From NCBI GenBank assembly GCA_002104945.1, contig MCFH01000016.1, forward strand, positions 434,001 to 498,000: DNA of 64,000 nucleotides, given 5' to 3'. Under the pieces are notes generated by a model. The model did no database searches, was not told the origin of the DNA, and saw only the letters and a program-made list of their open reading frames with translations. Numbering within the stretch: position 1 is the stretch's first letter; every line of letters begins with the position of its first letter. Positions 16,518 through 26,138 of the stretch are shown here, in pieces. The stretch is from Piromyces finnis finn (Eukaryota; Fungi; Neocallimastigomycota). A program made the translations under genes and the position numbers.

Positions 16518-19500
16518 TTTTTATTTTATTTATTATTATTACTTTAAATTAGTGATATTTATGAGGTATTTGATTTTAATAATGATGTAAATGATTTATA
16601 CTATTTGAAATTTTTTAAATGATTGTATTAAAATAATATGCTATTAATTAATGTATATTTTTATATAAAATAGGTTGTAATATTAAATACTTTAAGCAAT
16701 GATTCTATGACTATTGTTTTTTGTCTTTTAAATATATATTAATAACAGATAATGATATTATTTAAATATTTGTAATATGAACTTTTTTCCTTTTTATAAA
16801 GAAAAATAAATCTATTGTTATTTATACATATTAAAATATTAATATATATGTATATATAATAATTTTTTTTTTTTTTTATTCACAGTTTTTTCTATTATCT
16901 AAATTTATATTAATATTATAAAAGTATAATAATGTTTTTTTTTTTTTTTACCTCTGAATTAGCTATTTCGTTTATCATATATTTTATTTCTAAAAAAAAA
17001 AAAGTAATAAAGATAATATTATAATACTATAAGTTAAAAGTTGTATTTAATATCATTTAATATCATAATATTTCTGAGGATATTAATAGAATACAATATT
17101 TTTTAAAGACTAATTCTTCAATAATATAAAATGATAATAGCAATAATCTTATTACTATTTTTTTTTAATAAATCTTTGTATTATTAATATTTTAAATATT
17201 TTAGTTTTTTAATTGTTTTTTATAATAATTTTAAAATTAATATTTGAGCAGTTTTCATTTAATAAAGCTTAAAGAATTTTATTTTCTTATTACCTTTTAA
17301 TATTTTACTTTATGCATTGATAATTATATTATTACTTATTACTTATTATTATTTTTTATGTATTATTACTGCTAATAATAATAACACTTTTTTTTTGCTT
17401 CGATTTTTTTTTTTTTTCTTTCCTTTTTTTTTTTTTTAATAATAAAAATAGAAATAAAAAAAAAATAAAAATTGTTTTTGAAAAAAGTTTTTTTTTTTTA
17501 AAAAATTCATACTAAACTATTTAATGAAATTAATTTTTAATTATAATTCATTTAATAAACTTTAATTTTTAATATTTTGTATTTCGTATCCTTTCATGAA
17601 ATAAAATTTAAATGATAATTTAGGTGCTAATGTTCTATCATCGACCATTCATTCGTCTTCTGAATAATATTAATTAATAATAAAGAATGCAACATTATAT
17701 AAAATATATAATAAAAACAAAGATGAAATGAAATGAAAAAACACTACTACTACTAATAACAATAGAGGATTTTTTTTATTGATAAAAGACTTTTGAATCA
17801 TTAATCAAATCACCAATGCTTTTTATATTTGTACTTTTAGGTATGTTGACGATGATAGTACTAGGAATAATATAAAAAGGTAATAATGCATTATGGATTA
17901 ATAAATACATAAATGAGACTGTCACAACTATTAATAAATAATAAAATAAAAAATAATCAATGGTAGTGTTGATGAAATAAACAAAATTTTATATTTTCAT
18001 AAAAAGGCAACTTTTATTATTTCCTACAAAACAAAGCGCCTGCTTTTTTTTTTTTTTTTTTTTTTAATAAAAACTGCCACTTTTTTCTTATTTTTCTTCC
18101 TTAATTATCAGCAAAAAAAAACTTTATTTCATACTAAAAAAAAAAGGTATTGATGGATGGTTCAATTAATAATTAATAGTTATAAGAATATCAATTATAC
18201 TATCAAATAGAATAAATAGAATAATTTATATTATGATTATTTAATCAAATATATATTAAATATATTATATAATATATATAATAACTATATAAATTAGTAT
18301 TATAGAGAAAATAATATTTATCGTTCTCTTTTAAATTATTAAATTATTATAATATATAAAGTAATTGATTTTTTGTATATAATAATATATTACTTAATAT
18401 TAAGGAATGATTGACTATTTCATGGATAGTTTATTCAACTATAATATATGAAATTTAATTATTTACTAATATTACCAATATAATTATTTTAAATATCTAT
18501 TTAAATTTCTAATTTATAAATAAATATATAAATAGTATAATTTATGTATATTCTAATATATTAATGTATCCTCGTACCTATAATAAAAATGTAAAAGAGG
18601 CAAGAGGATATTTTATTCTATGTATCTTATTTTAATAAAATATATATTATAATATACATGAATAAATAATTCAATATATTATTCTATGTATTATTTAAAA
18701 TAAAAAAACTAAGAAATTTTAAATGTGCAAATGGGCATGTTTTTATAAAAAAACAATTTTTGAATATATTATTAATACAAATAATATATTTATATCTATT
18801 TACACAAATTAATTAATAATATATTACTTATAAAAAAGTTTGATGAAAAATTAAAGGAGAAAATTAAAGAAAAATGTTAAAGATAATAAATATGATATTT
18901 TTAAATACTTAAAATATTAGGATGGAATCAATCTTCATTACGAGTTATACCGTCGTATTATTAACAATACATTAAAAAATGGTTTAATTTTCATTCAAGT
19001 TTTTTTTTTATAAATAATGAAAAAATACTTTTTTTTTTTTGTGTATAACATATAAAAAAAACAAAACTACTTTAAAAAAGAAAAAGCATGTCAAATTAAA
19101 TTAAATTATTTTTTTAACTATAAATTAGTTATTTAAATTGTATTATTTTAAATTTAAAGAACGAATTTATAGTAAAAAAACAATTTAATACAATATATTA
19201 GTATATATTGTAATAGGTATATAAAATTTCTATAGATATATTGGACAATAATTTTAATTTAAATAAATTAAATTTTTAAAAAATAGTGTGAAAACATACC
19301 TCAGTACTCATTAAATTATACAATTATTCATGTGATTATCATCCTATAATCTACAACTATTGTATAGATATTCATATATATGCTAAAAATACATAAATAT
19401 ATTTATGGCCATTAGGTTTGATCTTTAATTCTATCTAAAACAAACACTAAACAACCCATAATAATATGAATACTATTGATGGAATTATTTTTATAGTATT

Positions 19501-19941
19501 ATATTTAGATATTTATTATCGGTGGGTAGATTATATCATGGAATGAAAATAATTACCTATAAAAATCTTTCTTTTACTATTTATAATTCTTTTTACAATG
19601 AGTGTATTTTAACTATACTAAATAGAGTTAATTTTAAAGAATAATTCATATAAAAGTCTTAAACTATTTTATTTTGTATTTTTTTTTTTTTTTTTTTTTT
19701 TTAACGGCATCAAATATTTTAAACTTTATTATTAATTTAATTAAAATTATAATACATGTAATAAAAAATTAAAAATAAAAATAAAAATAAAAAAAATATG
19801 TTTAAATAAACACAAATGAATAAAAACTGGGTATAATGTATTCTAGTAATTTTAATTAAAGTAAGAAAGCCACTATCATACTAAAGTATAATAATTGTAT
19901 TTGACTTCCAATGGGACACCGAGCCAAAGATCAAAATTTTA

Positions 19942-22900
19942 TCATGGGACAAAATTATGATCTCCATTGGTTGCGCTGGCCCTCCTGGCCTGTCTTACTG
20001 TTTCTTCAGCATTGACGCTCTTGGATGTTGCTTCAAACCTTTTGAACATTGACCATTGCTGGCCAATAGCAAAAGGCATGATTTTGGTTAGAAGTTCCGC
20101 GGTTACCGTCAAGAATGGTGCTCCTTCATTAGTACCAGATTGAATCTGACGCTTACAAAGTTCTTTCCATTCCCTTGAATTGTAATTAATATTGTTAAAA
20201 CTTCTTCCCCCAAGAAGGAATTTAAATATTTTACTGCACACACTAGAATAATCATACACATTAATATTCACCGGATTATTAGAACTATTACTATCATTAA
20301 CTAAATTACTATCTAAATTAGAATTATTATCTTCACTATTGCTATCATTATTAATATTATTATTTCTATTACTACTATTGTTATTATTACTATTTCTATT
20401 ATTACTATTACTACTATTGTTATTATTACTATTGTTATTATTATTATTGTTACTATTACTATTACTGTTATTGCTATCTCTACTGACATTATCAATTTCA
20501 TTATTATTGATAGGACTATTGGAATTACGTTGACTGAAAAAATTTAATAGCTGGACTATGGAATCATAATGTTTAATACGGATATCTCTAAATGTTGGAC
20601 AATCTAATAACCAATGTTTAATACTTTGAACACCACACTTGCAACATGGACAGTAGTTAGGACAAATTGGATCAACAAATTTAGCAGCTTTGGCAACTCT
20701 AGCATCCAACTTGTATCCGCTTCTTGCTTTCAATAGCCAGTAGAAGCCATAGGCAAACTCTGGGTATTCATAACATAATTTAATAAAATCTTTAGTTTCA
20801 ATAAATTTATTATCATCATAATATTGCGCTTTGATTGAATTCCCTTTGAGATCTTTCCAATAAAAGTTTTTAACTGCTTTAACATCTCCATGTTTCTTTA
20901 GTTTTTTATCAAGTGTCCTACTTGATTTGCACCACGTGTATTTTCTAAATTTAGGAATGTAATTGACAAGGTGTGAGATAATACAATTTGAGTTTTTCCA
21001 TTTGTTAAAACATCTAACCTGAGCTAACGCACATTTGGCTGACAATGGAGGAATATTCAAATCTTTTGAAATAGAGTATAAAGATATAAACGATACAGCT
21101 TTATGAACTCCGGCAACCCATCGTATTCCTTTGTTAACATGCTTCTGAGCAATCCTAGACCTAGCTTTGTTGGATCCAAGTAATGGTGCAAAGTATGAAA
21201 CTCTGCTAATCACTTGAGAGTTAAGTACTAGTTTTTTGAAAGGAATAGGAATATTAGGATTTCTTAAGAATTTACTGACTGAGAAAAGCCCTTTCAAAAC
21301 CTTGTTATTAAGAGCTTTAATTACTGGTTTAAGGGACAGATTCTTATCAAATGGAACACCAAGATAAGTGTAGCAGTCAGTAGTTGGAATGGGTTGTCCT
21401 GCTAAGTAAAATGTTGGATCTCTCTTGTTCTGATTTTCTATTGATTCAGGACGAATCACCATCGTTGAACATTTCTGGATACCAAATTCCATTTCATTAT
21501 ACAAGGCCCATTCATTAACTCTTCTAAGCATCTTTTTTAAGCATCCTCTTGTTGGAGCACAAATAACTATATCATCTGCAAAAAGTCCACCACAGCATCG
21601 AGTGTCACCTAAACTGACTCCGAGATCTTCACACTCTTTAAATATATCATTAATAAAGAGATTAAAAAGAATAGGCGAAAGTGGGCAACCTTGACGGACT
21701 CCTTTCTTCACATCAAAAGATTTCGAGAATTGTCCATCTAATTTGACATTAGCCTTAGATGTTAAATATAAATTTTTGATAAATTGTAGACTCTTACCTC
21801 GGATTCCTAAACAATCTAATTTATGGAGAATATTACCGATTGGGACTGAATCGTATGCTTTCCTGAGATCTAAAAAGGCCAAATATGTCTCTTTATTATC
21901 TAATTGACGTCTACGGCATATTTCTTGGATTGAAATGAAAAGACTAATACTTTCTTCCTTTTTTCGAAAACCAAATTGTTCAGGTCTAATGAAATTATTC
22001 TTTAAACCATATTCTGAGATTCTAGTGGTGACAATTTTGGAAATCAACTTAATACCATTATTGATAAGTGATATACCTCGATAGTTATCACAATCTGTCA
22101 AATCTCCCTTCTTAGGAATAGAAACAATACTGGATTCATTCCATGAGTTGGGGAAATCTCCATCCCAAATACGGTTGAATAATTTAAGAATAAAATTTAA
22201 ACCATGAGCATCATTATCTGAAGTAGTATTACCAGAAGAATTATTATCTGTAGCATTATTAGAATCATTACTTGATGGAACTAATGCTTTGTAAAATTCA
22301 ATTGGAATACCATCCGGACCTGATGCTTTATAATTTGGAGTAGTGAGGATAGCTGACTTGACTTCATCAATACTAATATCTTGGTTGATATCCCACTCAT
22401 CAAGCATAGGAAGTGAAAAACGTTTATTCGTTGGTTCTTCATACCAATGCTCCAAATCAAGACTTACACCACTTGGATCTGATGCAAGCTTTTCGAAATG
22501 ATCATGCCACACATCTAGTTGTTCTTCCGTAGCAACAACTAATTCTCCATTTTTATTTTTAATTGGTTGAGCAATAAAGAAGGAATCTTTTCCAATTTTT
22601 GCAGTTTTCTTGATCCATTTCCAGGCCTTCTTAGGATTATGACTCTTCATATACTCACATCCTGTTTTAATCCAATGAAGATATTCTTGCTTCCTAAATT
22701 CATTACATCTTTTGTGGATGTAATCAATGAGTTTACGGTAGATTTTAATTCTTTTAATAAATTCATCTATATCATAAATTCTTTCTTTTTTAAATCTCTT
22801 ATACAACTTCATTTTGATTTTTTGAAGATTAAAAATTTGTTGTGAAATATGAAATGAAGACTTTATAACATTATTTGCTGAAGTAATACTGAGCTCGTCT

Positions 22901-24492
22901 GCAATTGAAAAAGCAGTTGAAGTAAACTCTTTGGAAAGTTCATCTGTAGAAACATTAGGATCGCTGGATTTTGCTGAAAGTATTTGGAATTTATTATGAC
23001 TGAGAATAGATTCCTTTTCCTCAATACATTTTAATCTATTCCATTTCAGAATTTTCTTAGGAACATTAAAGTCATTAGAAAAATCATCCATAGGAATAAT
23101 TTTACCATTAATAAGAAGTGGCTTATGGTCTGATACAGGATAAAAATTATTTATAAATGATCCTGAGTGAATAAGATCTTTCATCTTCGAATTGATAAGA
23201 GCATGGTCAATGTCGGAAGATTGATCACCTCGAGTCCAAGAGATAGTAGACCCTCTAAGCGGAAGAATTTCCCAATCTCCTAATCCATTAGTTGATAACC
23301 AGTTGGATAATTTTACTTTAGACATATTAAAATCACCAACAAGAATCGATGGATGGGATGAATGAGTTTGTAACCACAAGCGAACTTCTAACTTTGCATG
23401 ATCAACATAGATGTTGTGATGACTATGAGGCATATAAACATTTCCAATCGAGCATTTGAATCTATTCCAGAGACTAAAAGTATAAATAGAAATAATATAC
23501 TTTCCAGAGAAGTTTTCAAGTGAGGCTTGACACGAATTGTGAAAACCTAAATATAAACCTCTCATTCCCGGAACTGATTCGTCAGCTTTCTTGAAAAAGT
23601 GTCTATAGTTTCGCAAAGTAACACGACAAGGATAATCTGTATTCAATCTAGAACCATTACCAGTTTCTTGGAAACATAAGAATAATGGTTTGAAAATAGC
23701 TGTGAAATAGCTAATACTATCTCTCTTTTCATGATTCCACCCATTGGTGTTCCAACTAAGACAAAAAGAAAAGTTATCAGGCTTGTTGTATGAGGAAGAA
23801 TCGTTGCTATTATTATTATTATTAAAGTCATCGTTATTAATGGATGATGCATCAGAGGAATAAGTAGAACTATTACTAGATGGCTGTGAAACTGAAGAAC
23901 TATCAACTATTGAACTGTTATCAGAGTTGATAGAACTATTAGAATTAATTGTTGAATGTTGAGATTGAAATTGTGTTTGCTGTAGATCTGGAATATTTTC
24001 ATGATGGGAAACTTGTTGAAGATCCTGTTGAAGATCTTGTTGAAGATCGGATTGTTGATGAGATTGTTGAACTGATTGTTGAACTGATTGTTGAAATGAT
24101 TGTTGAATAGAATGTTGATATTTATTAGAAACTAAAATTTTACGTTTGAGAGTGGAAAAAGTGTATTTGTGATTCCTTCTACTACGAGCTGAAAAGGAAA
24201 TTGAGGTAACTGAAAGTTTCTTCTTTAACATGTGTAAGATTTTAATACAATCTTTTGATGAACCATGAACCTTGACTAAGAAAAAGTGATCATTGAAAGT
24301 TTGAAAATATTTAACACTAATAACTGAATTAAATTTATCTTCTAGAATAACCTCGAGTTTTTCCCATAGCATATTTACTGACCATGATCGAATACCACGG
24401 ATAAAGAAGGAGCGAATATCATCTAAGGGGATACCATAAGACCGGGTACCACGTCTGATATAATTCTTATCTTTAATATAAAGGACTGACAT
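19942..24492 (-). CDS. LINE polyprotein, 1516 aa: putative RRM-like N-terminus, Q/S/N linker, APE endonuclease, reverse transcriptase, CCHC finger
   Basis: APE motifs SWNTNG, FQETG, VGDFN, IDH, SDHKP. RT motifs NYRGISL, FLDLRKAYDSV, GVRQGCPLSP, LFADD, YLG. C-terminal CKC..HWLLDC. Confidence 0.96.
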   Translation of the reverse strand: MSVLYIKDKNYIRRGTRSYGIPLDDIRSFFIRGIRSWSVNMLWEKLEVILEDKFNSVISVKYFQTFNDHFFLVKVHGSSKDCIKILHMLKKKLSVTSISFSARSRRNHKYTFSTLKRKILVSNKYQHSIQQSFQQSVQQSVQQSHQQSDLQQDLQQDLQQVSHHENIPDLQQTQFQSQHSTINSNSSINSDNSSIVDSSSVSQPSSNSSTYSSDASSINNDDFNNNNNSNDSSSYNKPDNFSFCLSWNTNGWNHEKRDSISYFTAIFKPLFLCFQETGNGSRLNTDYPCRVTLRNYRHFFKKADESVPGMRGLYLGFHNSCQASLENFSGKYIISIYTFSLWNRFKCSIGNVYMPHSHHNIYVDHAKLEVRLWLQTHSSHPSILVGDFNMSKVKLSNWLSTNGLGDWEILPLRGSTISWTRGDQSSDIDHALINSKMKDLIHSGSFINNFYPVSDHKPLLINGKIIPMDDFSNDFNVPKKILKWNRLKCIEEKESILSHNKFQILSAKSSDPNVSTDELSKEFTSTAFSIADELSITSANNVIKSSFHISQQIFNLQKIKMKLYKRFKKERIYDIDEFIKRIKIYRKLIDYIHKRCNEFRKQEYLHWIKTGCEYMKSHNPKKAWKWIKKTAKIGKDSFFIAQPIKNKNGELVVATEEQLDVWHDHFEKLASDPSGVSLDLEHWYEEPTNKRFSLPMLDEWDINQDISIDEVKSAILTTPNYKASGPDGIPIEFYKALVPSSNDSNNATDNNSSGNTTSDNDAHGLNFILKLFNRIWDGDFPNSWNESSIVSIPKKGDLTDCDNYRGISLINNGIKLISKIVTTRISEYGLKNNFIRPEQFGFRKKEESISLFISIQEICRRRQLDNKETYLAFLDLRKAYDSVPIGNILHKLDCLGIRGKSLQFIKNLYLTSKANVKLDGQFSKSFDVKKGVRQGCPLSPILFNLFINDIFKECEDLGVSLGDTRCCGGLFADDIVICAPTRGCLKKMLRRVNEWALYNEMEFGIQKCSTMVIRPESIENQNKRDPTFYLAGQPIPTTDCYTYLGVPFDKNLSLKPVIKALNNKVLKGLFSVSKFLRNPNIPIPFKKLVLNSQVISRVSYFAPLLGSNKARSRIAQKHVNKGIRWVAGVHKAVSFISLYSISKDLNIPPLSAKCALAQVRCFNKWKNSNCIISHLVNYIPKFRKYTWCKSSRTLDKKLKKHGDVKAVKNFYWKDLKGNSIKAQYYDDNKFIETKDFIKLCYEYPEFAYGFYWLLKARSGYKLDARVAKAAKFVDPICPNYCPCCKCGVQSIKHWLLDCPTFRDIRIKHYDSIVQLLNFFSQRNSNSPINNNEIDNVSRDSNNSNSNSNNNNNNNSNNNNSSNSNNRNSNNNNSSNRNNNINNDSNSEDNNSNLDSNLVNDSNSSNNPVNINVYDYSSVCSKIFKFLLGGRSFNNINYNSREWKELCKRQIQSGTNEGAPFLTVTAELLTKIMPFAIGQQWSMFKRFEATSKSVNAEETVRQARRASATNGDHNFVP

Positions 24493-25091
24493 GATAATTA
24501 ATTCTAATTAAAAAATATTGAATATAAAATAAATACTAATAAAAATTACAAATATAACGTATATGGAAAAAAATCTGTCTCTCTCTCTCTTCTTAAAAGT
24601 ACTGGATAGTACAAAAATTGTTACGATGCTTTGTTTAAAGTTTCTTTTTTTTTGAATTCTAGTTGTAAATTTTCTTTAAAAATTCTAGTTTTGGTTTGTT
24701 GTTAGTAAATTCGATTCGCTTTTTGACACTAAACTTGTTTGACTTTACTTTTCATTAAATATTTAAATTGGTAAAAAATTTGAATCAAGAATGTCGACAC
24801 CAGAAAGCTTGTGAATAGTATTTTTACATGATGTAGAGTGAATCAGTCTCTTACAAGAAACAATACAACAATAGCTACATGAATATAAAAGTACAATGCA
24901 AATGCTAAAGTTGACTACATTGGATTCTTACAAGAGAAGAGTAGTACTACATGAATACATGAATAAAAGAAAAAATACAGCAACAAAATGTATTACTCTT
25001 CTAATTAAATACTATACAAACTTACCTGAAAAATCAAACATTCACTTATTCATCAAATACTTAAATTTGATGAATAAAATGTTTTTTAATC

Positions 25092-25598
25092 GCTCAGTAC
25101 CATGAGCTTAGTCCTAATAATTTTCCCTTGAAGACTAACCAAGCATCCATTGCGCAATGCTTGGATTTAATTCTTTCTACTCTCTCAGTACCATGAGCAT
25201 GAGTAGACCCCCTTGAGAAATTACATTTATTAAATAAATGAAGGCACATTCCTAAGAGGGCACCAAGCATCCATTGCGCAATACTTGGATTTAATTCTTT
25301 CTACTCTCTCAGTACCATGAGCATGAGTAGACCCCCTTGAGAAACTACATTTATTAAATAAATGAAGGCACGTTCCCAAGAGGGCTCTTTCTACTCTCTC
25401 AGTACCATGAGCATGAGTAGACCCCCTTGAGAAATTACATTTATTAAATAAATGAAGGCACATTCCTAAGAGGGCACCAAGCATCCATTGCGCAATACTT
25501 GGATTTAATTCTTTCTACTCTCTCAGTACCATGAGCATGAGTAGACCCCCTTGAGAAACTACATTTATTAAATAAATGAAGGCACGTTCCCAAGAGGG
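25092..25598 (-). repeat. Tandem monomer array in the LINE 5' UTR: four 89-bp B units and three 33-35-bp A units, with a 214-bp higher-order period
   Basis: B units at 25172-25260, 25296-25384, 25386-25474 and 25510-25598. A units at about 25139-25171, 25261-25295 and 25475-25509. A partial monomer hairpin lies at 25092-25107. Confidence 0.95.
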
Positions 25599-26138
25599 TA
25601 TTTTATTTTGTATGAATATTCTTTAAAATTGAATTAAGAAACAACGACGATCATAATACGACGATAAGGTAGAAAAGTTTAAGAATAAATTAATATTAAA
25701 AAAAAAAAAAAACACAATGTAAGATTAACGTATTTTCGAATTAACAAAAAATAAAATTTATTAAATAAAATTATATACATTTTTATGTATTTATATTATT
25801 AATAATTATCTTTTTTTTAAAGGATCCTTTTTAATAATTATATAATATTTACATTTTAAAAAAAATGTGATGACTAAAATGCTTTATTAGTAGAATAATT
25901 GTGAATTATTATTTTATATAAATTTTTTAAATTTTTATACGTCTCATCTAAAATTGAAACCATTTTAGGATGATGGTTCAAGTGATGATACCATTTCTAT
26001 TTTAATGAATTAAAAGAAAAAAAACGGTTTTATGAAACTAGGGTCAGATAGAGCCATATAAGAAACAATGAAAATAAAATACAAAAAAAAAAAAAAAAAA
26101 AAACACCTCTATACCATTATTATTTTCATTCTTCCATT

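Larger units (their letters stand above)
19680..25598 (-). mobile_element. Full-length non-LTR retrotransposon (APE-type LINE), about 5.9 kb
   Basis: Poly(A) tail seen as T-run 19680-19702, with AATAAA shortly upstream of it. Perfect 15-bp TSD TATTTTATTTTGTAT at 19665-19679 and 25599-25613. Intact ORF. The clade (L1, RTE/RTEX or Tad-like) cannot be resolved by eye. Confidence 0.96.

Noticed and set aside
20313-20533. Poly-Leu and Ile-rich short ORFs, and similar ORFs at 32980-34053, 3942-4283 and 15279-15561
   Set aside because: Antisense or alternate-frame shadows of Asn/Ser-rich coding tracts.
25230-25484. 84-aa ORF and the 69-aa ORF at 24896-25105
   Set aside because: Translations of the UTR repeats or the antisense UTR with no domain features; not a credible ORF1.
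25139-25598. CRISPR array
   Set aside because: Units are 89-124 bp with no unique spacers, and they lie inside the TSD-bounded 5' UTR of a eukaryotic LINE.
25172-25598. Assignment to a known ribozyme class
   Set aside because: No CUGANGA/GAAA hammerhead core, no HDV P3/L3 next to P1', and no twister core. The plus strand shows AGAAAC and GCACRUUCC resembling hairpin-ribozyme loop B, but no valid loop A or helix 2 forms, and the C-G/U-A covariation is better explained by a plain helix.
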